Source: a virus
Taxonomy: Duplodnaviria > Caudoviricetes
Virus record (IMG/VR): IMGVR_UViG_3300044838_000003
Span: 1-57,244 of that record
DNA length: 57,244 nucleotides
Strand: one strand, 5' to 3'
The notes below the pieces were generated by a model, which was not told the DNA's origin, searched no databases, and saw nothing but the letters and a program-made list of their open reading frames with translations. Positions 47,591 through 55,448 of this stretch are shown here, piece by piece; positions within the stretch are counted from its first letter, which is position 1, and each line of letters opens with the position of its first letter. The position numbers and the translations under genes are program-made.

Positions 47591-48954
47591 GGTGCATCTC
47601 CGTAGAATACTTGGTCACGCACCGTGCGGCCCGACGAGGGCCAGTCCGGGTGACCTGGGCCGACCTGTAGCACCAGGTATTCGAGCAGGTCGCGCTCGGT
47701 GGTGTTGTTGCGGTCGGAGACCCACTTCAGGAAGGCGACCGCCATCTCGTGGCGAACGTCTACCGCGGGAGGCGGGACTACGACGGGCGGCGGGGCTTGC
47801 GACTCTCCACCGGCTAGCCAGTAGAGGAACCGCTCGGTGAAGTAGTCGGCCGGGAAGTTCGGGCCAACGTCGGTGTGAGATCCCCATCCGAAGACCTCGG
47901 TCACCCACTCGTGGTCGGTGATGCCGCTGTCGTCGGCGGTGCTGTCTCCGTAGTCGCCACCGAAGCCGATGACCTTCGCCTTGATGCTCGGGTACTTCGC
48001 GATGTCTTGTACCGCGTACCAGGCGAACACGTCGATGACGTTGCCCGCATACTTCAGCCACTCTTCGCGAGACCAGCTCGCGTTGGAGCCAGCGAAGCAG
48101 TAGTTGATCGCGATGTGGTTCGCGTTGCCGACAGACCACGAGGCCACGTCGGTATCCACGCCGTCAACGATCGTCACGCCGCCGTCGCGGGCCTGAGAGC
48201 CGTAGAGGTGGTAGGAGACCTCGACCGAGGGGTTGGCGCAGTAGTTCCCGAGACGCTCCGCAGCGTCGTCGGGCGGCGGGACCGGGTTACCCTCTTGGGT
48301 GTGGAGCGCGATGATCCGCGGGAGGTTGCCGTCGCGGCTCTCGTTGTTCGGGGACCAGATCGGGAACTCGTTGAAGCTGGGGCGCTTGCTGCTAGCCATA
48401 GGAGGCTCCTTGGGTGGATCGGCGGGCTGGGGTGCTGGTTCCGGGGGCTGTGTGGGCGCTGGGGCCTCTGTCAGGACCCCGACCAGTAGAGCGTATGCGT
48501 CGTCCCATTCCTCGGCGTAGCGGCCTCTGTAGGCCGGGGCGCACTGCTGGACATCTGCTACGCGCTGTCCTAGCGCGTCCCTGCCCATCGAGTAGTCTAG
48601 CCCGTCCGGTAGCCGGGAGAGGAACACGTCGGTAGACTTTTCCAGCGACATGCGTGATTCCATCGTGCCCCACCAGTCGTTCTGTGGTGAGGGGACGGGG
48701 CCTGCGACCTTGTTCTGCTGCTGGTAGTAGCCTACCGACCGGCCGTCGTCGGACTCCGAGTCGTAGTCGAAGTTCTTCGAGGACGGGTCCGAGGCGTTCC
48801 ACGGACACCAGTATCCGGACTCGACCGCCACGCAGGATAGCGCGGCGTTCGCGTAGACCAGTCCCAGTCCGCGGGCCACGGCCACGTCGTAGATTACCTT
48901 TGCGACCTGTTCCGGGGTGCGGAGGGGCGTGTCGGCCTTCCAGATGAAGTTCAT
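47587..48954 (-). CDS. lysA: Lysin A (lysozyme-like N-domain, amidase-2 domain, C-terminal binding domain)
   Basis: VESG...DGRSVGYYQQ; LHTQEG, VSYH, WSVGNAN, DH...HTDVGPNFP. Confidence 0.9.
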   Translation of the reverse strand: MNFIWKADTPLRTPEQVAKVIYDVAVARGLGLVYANAALSCVAVESGYWCPWNASDPSSKNFDYDSESDDGRSVGYYQQQNKVAGPVPSPQNDWWGTMESRMSLEKSTDVFLSRLPDGLDYSMGRDALGQRVADVQQCAPAYRGRYAEEWDDAYALLVGVLTEAPAPTQPPEPAPQPADPPKEPPMASSKRPSFNEFPIWSPNNESRDGNLPRIIALHTQEGNPVPPPDDAAERLGNYCANPSVEVSYHLYGSQARDGGVTIVDGVDTDVASWSVGNANHIAINYCFAGSNASWSREEWLKYAGNVIDVFAWYAVQDIAKYPSIKAKVIGFGGDYGDSTADDSGITDHEWVTEVFGWGSHTDVGPNFPADYFTERFLYWLAGGESQAPPPVVVPPPAVDVRHEMAVAFLKWVSDRNNTTERDLLEYLVLQVGPGHPDWPSSGRTVRDQVFYGDAP

Positions 48955-48974
48955 GGTGATCCTCTCGGGTTAAG

Positions 48975-49047
48975 CTCCCTACCGTGGACTCGAACCACGA
49001 ACCGCGAGATTAACAATCTCGTGCTCTGCCAATTGAGCTAGCGGGGA
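48975..49047 (-). tRNA. tRNA-Asn (GTT)
   Basis: TCCCCGC/GTAGGGA acceptor stem, AGCTCAATTGGCAGAGC D-arm, CGAGA-TTGTTAA-TCTCG anticodon arm, GGTTCGAGTCC T-arm. Confidence 0.93.
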
Positions 49048-49075
49048 TGAGCCCCTTGCGGGGCGAAGTGGGGCG

Positions 49076-49147
49076 CGGGGGATCAAGGACTCGAACCTCG
49101 TTCTGCGGCTTTGGAGACCGCGGTCTTACCGGGTAAACGAATCCCCC
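49076..49147 (-). tRNA. tRNA-Trp (CCA)
   Basis: GGGGGAT/ATCCCCC acceptor stem, GCGGT-CTCCAAA-GCCGC anticodon arm, GGTTCGAGTCC T-arm. Confidence 0.92.
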
Positions 49148-49215
49148 TGGCCCCCAGCCATCACGACCACGGCGCTCTCACGCGCCGCCGCTGCGGTCTG
49201 GGGGTTTGGAGCGGT

Positions 49216-49341
49216 CTAGAGTGCAGCGCGGATCAAGTTGGCTGCGTATTGCTCAGTCAACTGTCGTGGCGTCTGCTCGCGTGCCTGCTCGGAGAGCTCG
49301 GCGTACTCTTCATTGCTGAGAGAAACGAACACTGGACCCAC
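49216..49341 (-). CDS. Small ribbon-helix-helix-like protein (41 aa)
   Basis: Translated by hand: VFVSLSNEEYAELSEQA...YAANLIRAAL; AGGAAGGAG directly upstream. Confidence 0.5.
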   Translation of the reverse strand: MGPVFVSLSNEEYAELSEQAREQTPRQLTEQYAANLIRAAL

Positions 49342-49351
49342 CTCCTTCCTA

Positions 49352-49774
49352 CTATCCTTCGGGTACGTCGATCGTCGCGCTGGTGATAGCGACGGTCGAT
49401 CCCGCGGTGATGGCCGTGGTGTTGAGGATCAGGCTCGTGGCCGTGGTCCCAACTAGGCCCTGTGCGACGGCGGTGCCACCGGTCTGTGTCTTGATCCGGA
49501 AGTACGCCGCGGTTCCTGTTGCGTCTGCGCTGGTGTCGCTGGTGATCGCCGCTGCGGTGATCCGTCCGTTGTTACCGGACCCAGCGACCGACCCGAAGGT
49601 TGCCGAGCATGTCAGCGAGGCCAGCAGCGTCGGAGACGATGGTGTGGCGTCACAATCTGCGGGTACGGCGCCAGCGTAAATCTCGATGACCGCCGCGGTG
49701 CCCGCGTCGATCTGCCCTTCCAGTGCGGTAGCCAGAATCTGCGCCACAGCGTTGGAGATGTAAAAGTCGCCCAT
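49352..49774 (-). CDS. Virion structural protein (fibre-associated)
   Basis: Ala/Thr/Gly-rich beta protein: IYAG..PA...ADATGTAAYFRI. Confidence 0.65.
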   Translation of the reverse strand: MGDFYISNAVAQILATALEGQIDAGTAAVIEIYAGAVPADCDATPSSPTLLASLTCSATFGSVAGSGNNGRITAAAITSDTSADATGTAAYFRIKTQTGGTAVAQGLVGTTATSLILNTTAITAGSTVAITSATIDVPEG

Positions 49775-49778
49775 TGGC

Positions 49779-50123
49779 CTAGCTCTCTACGTTGTAGGGG
49801 TAGCGAACGTCAATGAAGACGTGTAGCATATGGTCGGCTGTTTCAACGGATGGTACATAGACCGATCCACAGTAGCCCCGGGCGTTGTAGGGGGCCGAAG
49901 GCAGCTCTACCGAGGATGGGGTGGCCCACACTGTGGCCGGAACCTCGTCAAACCCTATCAGCACCTCGTTTACAACTCCGGTGACGATGATGGATTCGTC
50001 TCCGTCGAACACCGCGCTGCCGCCACCCGCTGGGGCGAAGCTGTGCGGTACGGTTGTAGCGTAGCCATAAATCTCGTCTGTCTCTTCTGCCGGGATCGTG
50101 ATCGTGTACGCCTTGACTGGCAT
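49779..50123 (-). CDS. Hypothetical protein
   Basis: TAATG overlap; within the late operon. Confidence 0.6.
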   Translation of the reverse strand: MPVKAYTITIPAEETDEIYGYATTVPHSFAPAGGGSAVFDGDESIIVTGVVNEVLIGFDEVPATVWATPSSVELPSAPYNARGYCGSVYVPSVETADHMLHVFIDVRYPYNVES

Positions 50124-50404
50124 TAGGAGACCCTCACCTTCGGCTCGGCGTTGCCGCCGATGTTCTGCGGCTCAAAGTGATGCCACAGCCATACGTCGAT
50201 GCGCTGTACGGAATCGGTCAGGCCCGCGGCGCGGAATACGTCGATTGCCTTCACCAGGTCTTCGAGAGACAGGCTGGACAGCTCGGTGAACTCGTCCGGG
50301 TTCTCGGAGACGTAGGCGTCGGCGAGTGAGCGGGTAAGCTCCTCGTCCCGTCCTTCGCCCTCCGTCTTGTCCCACGCGGCGTGGACTTCGGCTAGGGTGG
50401 TCAT
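50123..50404 (-). CDS. Hypothetical protein
   Basis: GAGGAG RBS; W.WH.FEPQNIGG. Confidence 0.7.
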   Translation of the reverse strand: MTTLAEVHAAWDKTEGEGRDEELTRSLADAYVSENPDEFTELSSLSLEDLVKAIDVFRAAGLTDSVQRIDVWLWHHFEPQNIGGNAEPKVRVS

Positions 50405-50728
50405 CTACTGCTCCTCAAAGGTGAACTGGTAGGACCGATCCTTGGCCCTGTCTTGGTTGGTTTCGACGTGGTTCGTCAGGAACCGCGTCTGGCCGCGGAT
50501 TGCGGCGTCGTCGTCGGCAGGCCCGAAGAATACCGTCGTGGTGGTGCTGGTGCTGGTGTCGTCGTCCACCGTCACGTCGGTTACCACGTTCCAGTCCTCG
50601 TCGTACAAGGTCCAGGTGGAGGTCGATAGGGTCTCCCCGTCCGAAAGGAACGGGTCCTTCGGATCAGCGTACCAGAAGCCGTAATCCAGCCTGTCGGCCG
50701 GATCTACCTTGAACTTGGTGAATGCCAC
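50405..50728 (-). CDS. Fibre adaptor-like protein
   Basis: K.DPA.RLDY...L..GET.STSTW...NHVET...R..DRS. Confidence 0.65.
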   Translation of the reverse strand: MAFTKFKVDPADRLDYGFWYADPKDPFLSDGETLSTSTWTLYDEDWNVVTDVTVDDDTSTSTTTTVFFGPADDDAAIRGQTRFLTNHVETNQDRAKDRSYQFTFEEQ

Positions 50729-50729
50729 G

Positions 50730-52586
50730 CTATCTCCCTACTGAGGTCGTGCGTGGCTCGGATGGCACGCTGGTGAATCTGGACGTTCCGGGAACGGTGG
50801 TATTCCGCTGGCTCCCGAACACGCTGGTTTCCCGAACGCTGTCCAGCACCGAGGTGAACCGGGATGCGCTGCCTACCGTGGTCATCCGCTCCGGGGGAGG
50901 CGGGCTGACCTGCAGCAACAGACCCGCAAACAGCGCCGGCACGGTTCGTGCCGCGATGTGCGGCACGATGTTGGTCAGGCTGGCCGTGGCCGGTCGCGTG
51001 GTGCTCGCGATCAGCCCGGTGATAAGTTGCGAAGCCGTCAGGCTGGCCTGAGCTGGTCTGGCTGCAGCTGCGATAGTCCCTGTGAACGTCTGAGCGCCGC
51101 TGAGGGCCGCTGTCGCTGCTCGTAGCAGGACGGCGACTACCCCTTCGTTCGCGTAGTGCCCGGAGGCTGCCATCGTGGCCGCAGCCGCCTGAGCAGCTAT
51201 AGCGCCGGTCAGGAGCTGGTACCCGATGAACGACCCGACCGACTTCGGAAGAACCGCCGCGATCTGGCCTAGGTTAGCTCCCGAGCTGTTGATCAACGCG
51301 CCTACTAGCTGGGCGGTCGCCGCGATGGTGCCAGTCTGGGACTGGGCGCCGAGCGCGGAGAAGAGTGCCTTTTGCAGGCTGACCGTGATCGTACCGGTCT
51401 GGGACTGGCTTCCGATCAGGGAGGCCACCGTCTTGGCCAGCGTGGCGCCGACAGTACCGGTCTGGGACTGAGCGCCTGCTGCCGCTAGGATCGCCGTCTG
51501 CAAGGTGGCTGCTAGGGTGCCCTGGTAGGACTGGGTGCCCGCTGCTGCTGCGACGAGCGGCTGAAGCAGAGCCGCTATGGTTCCCGCTATAGTCTGGGTA
51601 CCGGCTAGATCCGCTGTCGCTTTTGTGACCGTGGCCGTCATCGTACCGTCCACCGACAGCAGTAGGCTTGACCCCGAGCCGTCGAAGACGGCCATGCGGG
51701 TTGTGGCCCCGACGGTGCCGGTGTATGTCTGCCCGCCGTTCAGTGCGGCTACCGCCTTCAGCAGGGATGCTGCCACGGTGCCGTTGAATCGCTGCGAGGC
51801 GTTGCCCGAGAACAGGCCCTTTTGTAGGGTCGCTGCTATCGTGCCGGTGTCGAGGTCGATGAATGTCAGTGCTGCGTATCCTATGGCACCAGCCCCGCCG
51901 ATACCAGCGGTATCGCCGCCGTTGCCGCCGCCTCCGCCAGCTCCGTACAGACCGCCAGCGCCGCCGTTGCGGGCTACTGCCGAACTCCACCCAGCCCCGC
52001 CGCCGCCTCCGCCGGGCTCTCCTGCTGATCCTGCTGTGCCGGCTGTGCCGTTGGCCGTTCCGGTGCTGCCTGCACCACCGCCAGCGAAGTTTGAGTCTCC
52101 ACCTTTGGCGCCGTTGCCGCCCGTGGTTACCGAGTTACGCCCGCAGCCGCCGCCGCCGCCTGGGCAGCCACCCGATGAGTTGGCTGCCGCGTTCGACGGT
52201 AGAGCGCCACCGTAGCCGCCGCTTGAGCCGTCTGTCCCGGCTATCGAGGTCAGACCGGTGAAACCGGAGACTGAAGCCGTCCCGCCCAATCCGCGGTTGG
52301 TCGTGACCGTGGTACCGCCCGCTGTGGCGGTGGCCCCCGCCGTGGCGGTTGCCGTGTTGGACCCTGTGACCAGCGTGGAGTTGGTAGCCGCTGCGCCAGC
52401 GGTGAGTGTGTACGTGCCGCTGAACTGGGCTATCGGGATGAACTGGTTGTAGAATCCAGCGGCTCCGCCGCCTCCGCCCCCACCTTGGCGGTTGCTGAAC
52501 GAGCCTGCGGACCCTGTGCTACCGTTACCTCCACCACCGATGAGGGTGACGAAGGCTCCCGCCTTGCCGGTCGGTGTGGTGGTCAT
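50730..52586 (-). CDS. Gly-rich fibre protein with about 21-22-aa tandem repeats
   Basis: N-terminal GGGGGG-rich domain, then about 13 GT(I/V)xA...(G)xQ repeats. Confidence 0.75.
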   Translation of the reverse strand: MTTTPTGKAGAFVTLIGGGGNGSTGSAGSFSNRQGGGGGGGAAGFYNQFIPIAQFSGTYTLTAGAAATNSTLVTGSNTATATAGATATAGGTTVTTNRGLGGTASVSGFTGLTSIAGTDGSSGGYGGALPSNAAANSSGGCPGGGGGCGRNSVTTGGNGAKGGDSNFAGGGAGSTGTANGTAGTAGSAGEPGGGGGGAGWSSAVARNGGAGGLYGAGGGGGNGGDTAGIGGAGAIGYAALTFIDLDTGTIAATLQKGLFSGNASQRFNGTVAASLLKAVAALNGGQTYTGTVGATTRMAVFDGSGSSLLLSVDGTMTATVTKATADLAGTQTIAGTIAALLQPLVAAAAGTQSYQGTLAATLQTAILAAAGAQSQTGTVGATLAKTVASLIGSQSQTGTITVSLQKALFSALGAQSQTGTIAATAQLVGALINSSGANLGQIAAVLPKSVGSFIGYQLLTGAIAAQAAAATMAASGHYANEGVVAVLLRAATAALSGAQTFTGTIAAAARPAQASLTASQLITGLIASTTRPATASLTNIVPHIAARTVPALFAGLLLQVSPPPPERMTTVGSASRFTSVLDSVRETSVFGSQRNTTVPGTSRFTSVPSEPRTTSVGR

Positions 52587-52677
52587 GGGACTCCTTCGGG
52601 AGGGTCAAGGCCGGGGCGGGAGCGCATGGAGAGGGCACGCGCTCAGAACCGCCCCGACCGACCACCGCGGTTTCCCG

Positions 52678-53163
52678 CTAAGCCTGCTGTTGAGCCCGCA
52701 GGCGGTCTTCGTAGACCTTGGAGATTGGGATGACCTTGGCTTCTTCCCCGACTTCTCCGGTGCTACGATCGACTTCTATCCGCAGTCGGCGTCGTTCTCC
52801 CTCTGTTACAGCGATCGAGGTTAGCATCTGCCAAACTGCGGCGACCATCGTCGGGGATACCTGGCCGACCTTCATCTTCCCATCTTTGTCCTCGTACGGC
52901 CGAAGCTGCTTATCGAGGAGGTGGAGAGCGGTGAGCGCGGTCATCCAGTCCGAGGGCTCGTAATACTTGGCTTGGCCGGATTGTCCGAGGGACTCCCAGA
53001 ACGCTTTGGTGATGTTCTGGGTCAGCATGTTCGGGAATTGTCGGAGGCTGGGCTGTTTTACTTCGCCCTCCATCGCGACCTTATCGACGGACTCGATTTT
53101 GTCTTTCGCGACGTGACCGGCTAGTTGGTCTACACGCTTCGGAATGGGTCCGGTGAGGTTCAT
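52678..53163 (-). CDS. terS: Terminase small subunit (L5 gp5-like)
   Basis: GPIPKR, SGQAKYYEPSDW, TEGERRRLRIE. Confidence 0.85.
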   Translation of the reverse strand: MNLTGPIPKRVDQLAGHVAKDKIESVDKVAMEGEVKQPSLRQFPNMLTQNITKAFWESLGQSGQAKYYEPSDWMTALTALHLLDKQLRPYEDKDGKMKVGQVSPTMVAAVWQMLTSIAVTEGERRRLRIEVDRSTGEVGEEAKVIPISKVYEDRLRAQQQA

Positions 53164-53179
53164 AATGGGACTCCTGGTC

Positions 53180-53470
53180 CTACATTCGGCCTGGGTGTCT
53201 TTCCACTGGACGGAGAGCCCGTTGCCGTTTCTGGGTGCGGGCATTTACGCCCTGGGCCGACGAACGATCGTCGTGGCACGGCTTGCAGGCCGCGCGTAGC
53301 TTGGTGTGGTCGTCTTTATCGCCGTAGTGGTCGATCTGGGTCGCCCGATGGATACACCGGGGTCCGCGGATCTGACACAACCCGCGAGCTGCCTTCATCG
53401 TAGGCTTTCGGTAGGCCGACTCCCAGTCGGCCGGCAGCTCGCTGTGACGACGGCTATCGGCCTCCCACAC
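53180..53470 (-). CDS. HNH endonuclease (packaging-associated)
   Basis: LPADW, CQIRGPRC...IDH...DDH..L...CKPCH; GGGAGG RBS; adjacent to cos. Confidence 0.88.
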   Translation of the reverse strand: MWEADSRRHSELPADWESAYRKPTMKAARGLCQIRGPRCIHRATQIDHYGDKDDHTKLRAACKPCHDDRSSAQGVNARTQKRQRALRPVERHPGRM

Positions 53471-53842
53471 AGCAGACCTCCCTAGGCGGCGCCTCGCGCC
53501 GCATGGAGCGATGCGCAGCATCGCGACCTTCGCTTCGCTCCGGTCTTTTATTGCCCATCCAATAGAACCTAACGACCGACCCGCGAAAAGCGGGTCGCGA
53601 CGGGAGGAGGTCCGAAGGACCTCCGACCTTTGGGGTCTCCGGTCCTTCGGAGGGGTTCACCAGAACCCCGACTGGTAGGTCGTTCGGTCGCTTGTCGCTC
53701 CCTCACTCCCTCAATGGTTAAGTACGCGTTAATAGATTTTCCAGAGCGGTGCTCTCATCTCACTATGTGGGAAGTTGCAGGTCATACCCCCCGCCTGGGC
53801 TGGGTTCAGTAGACCGAACCCAGGGGGCCAGGGTCAGGCGCA

Positions 53843-53852
53843 TAACCGACCG
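53843..53852 (-). other. cos site (predicted 3' overhang CGGTCGGTTA)
   Basis: Minus strand reads CGGTCGGTTA-TGCG, matching the L5/cluster-A end sequence; lies between the divergent arms, upstream of HNH and TerS. Confidence 0.85.
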
Positions 53853-53859
53853 GTCAGCC

Positions 53860-54180
53860 CGCAAGCGGGTAAGGGATACCCCCCGTGGGGTACTGCCACC
53901 CCCATACCCCCTCCGACCTGCGCTTATGCTCTGCCGGCTACTCCGCCTGGACACTGCCCACCCTGCCCCACCAGGGCATACCCCACCGAAGGGGTATGCA
54001 CCAGCAAACAACCCTGCATACCCCCTGCCCACCATGCCTACCCCTGCCACCAGTGCATACCCTGCCCATACCCCCTGCTACCAGCACCGATACCCCTGCC
54101 ACTACCCCCTTGCCCTGCCCTGCCACTAGCCGAGGGCGGCTACCCCCGACCTAGCACTACCCCCTATGCAAGGGGTATCT
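53860..54180. repeat. Degenerate (A)TACCCC(C)TGCC repeat tract
   Basis: Many TACCCC/CTGCC units; extreme C skew on the plus strand. Confidence 0.8.
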
Positions 54181-54342
54181 GTAACCGAGGGGTAAGCGAA
54201 AAATTCCTACCTGGGAATATACCCCGATCTATGTGTAACCATGCTGGTCCAGGCCCCGTCGTTGGGAACACCGAGTTATCTGTAACCGACCATTACAAAA
54301 CCACTTCCCACCAGCGTCTTTACCCCAATGTATCCGATAAGC

Positions 54343-54371
54343 TTGCTTAGCTGGCCATGGGGGACTACCTT
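54343..54371 (+). promoter_or_regulatory. SigA-type promoter P1 (TTGCTT-17-TACCTT)
   Basis: Correct 17-nt spacing; TANNNT -10. Confidence 0.55.
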
Positions 54372-54377
54372 GGTGAT

Positions 54378-54612
54378 TGTTCGACCAGCACGGCACAACT
54401 TCACAGAGGCAATCAAGACATTCCCTGAGGGCATGTTCCGAAGTGCGGCCGAACCTAGCGCAACACAATGGCTAGGCAGAGTAGGCAAGGGCGAGGTTCG
54501 ACCTCGATAGCGCGGAACGGCAGATGGTACCCGGATGGGAGCGTCGGATCAGGTGAGACCTTCGCAACGCGGGTCTTAATGGGCCGCTACGCACATAGCT
54601 ACCAGCCACAAT
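54378..54612 (+). ncRNA. Candidate structured ncRNA 1
   Basis: No credible ORF; GCGGCC/GGCCGC long-range pair enclosing CCTAGC/GCTAGG, GAGG-TTCGA-CCTC and GAGACC/GGTCTT hairpins. Confidence 0.5.
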
Positions 54613-54619
54613 CCCAAGT

Positions 54620-54648
54620 TTGACAAAACGTGAAACGGCTGGTAGTGT
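54620..54648 (+). promoter_or_regulatory. SigA-type promoter P2 (TTGACA-17-TAGTGT)
   Basis: Near-consensus elements and spacing. Confidence 0.8.
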
Positions 54649-54654
54649 TCTCCA

Positions 54655-54995
54655 CAGATCGAAAGTTTCCACCAGAACGGCGGCAACGCGGAAAGGCGAT
54701 CCGGGAAACCGGTGATGGCCCGTTCACAGTTAGACCTTTGACAATTGAATCAACGGATACCGGCTAGGGTTGGCGCCCAATGATCCGGAGTAGTCTAGCA
54801 ATGATCGGCCTAGGTCACGGCGTGGTAGTGAGTACCGAGAGGGAAAACACGCTTCCGTGGTAGGACTGGATCGCAGCCGCGAGAGCGGAGTAGCTAGGGT
54901 TGATTCATACATACGCTTGACGGTGCAAAGGTTGGCGTGGCTTAACCACGTCATTCGGAAGTATTCGCGACAGGTTCGATTCCTGCGGCACCTCT
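54655..54995 (+). ncRNA. Candidate structured ncRNA 2 / leader RNA with GNRA hairpins and a tRNA-like 3' module
   Basis: GAACGG/CCGTTC domain, TGAATCAAC/GTTGATTCA domain, four GNRA loops, CAGG-TTCGATT-CCTG T-arm. Confidence 0.65.
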
Positions 54996-55000
54996 CCCGC

Positions 55001-55029
55001 TTGACAAGATGTCAGGCACTAGGTAAGGT
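55001..55029 (+). promoter_or_regulatory. SigA-type promoter P3 (TTGACA-17-TAAGGT), leaderless
   Basis: ATG 55036 lies 7 nt after the -10. Confidence 0.8.
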
Positions 55030-55035
55030 ATGGGA

Positions 55036-55248
55036 ATGGCACAACGACAGATAATCGCCCGCATTCCAGGTATGTCCACTACGGGCCAGCGTCACGATTT
55101 GCTGATCGAACGCACGGCGGATGACATGATCATGGTGACCGTTCTAGGTGCTGATGGTAAGAAGCGTCACGCTTCGGCCATCATTCTCCCCGGAGCTTTG
55201 ACCGACGAAGTTCAGGCAGAGAAGTATCGCACGGACAGGAACCTGTGA
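55036..55248 (+). CDS. Small early protein (70 aa)
   Basis: Leaderless start at the predicted TSS of P3. Confidence 0.7.
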   Translation: MAQRQIIARIPGMSTTGQRHDLLIERTADDMIMVTVLGADGKKRHASAIILPGALTDEVQAEKYRTDRNL

Positions 55249-55265
55249 TACCTCGATAGGTACTA

Positions 55266-55332
55266 GCGGATGCTGGCTAGGCGAGCGACTGTAAGAGCGC
55301 ATACCCTAGAGGGTTCGACTCCCTCATCCGCA
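55266..55332 (+). ncRNA. tRNA-like element (pseudo-tRNA)
   Basis: GCGGATG/CATCCGC acceptor stem, AGGG-TTCGACT-CCCT T-arm, CTGTAA loop, no canonical D-arm, 3' ACGA. Confidence 0.55.
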
Positions 55333-55448
55333 CGACGGCCAAACGGCCGGCAATTGATGGAAATTAGGTGGTACCATGCTCTGGATACTCTACGCGTTCG
55401 TAGTTATCATGGTCTCTGGCGCCGCTTACCTGAGTGTGAGGTAGAGGG

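Noticed and set aside
27578-53182. Frequent TAG stops suggesting amber recoding
   Set aside because: TAGs fall at the expected ends of full-length conserved proteins, no gene is fragmented by TAG, and there is no suppressor tRNA.
53749-54350. Pro-rich ORFs over the C-rich tract
   Set aside because: Translations of a low-complexity repeat, two of which span the cos site; no RBS or codon bias.
54738-54770. TTGACA at 54738 as a fifth promoter
   Set aside because: The nearest TANNNT is 21 nt away; it fits a boxA-like role better.
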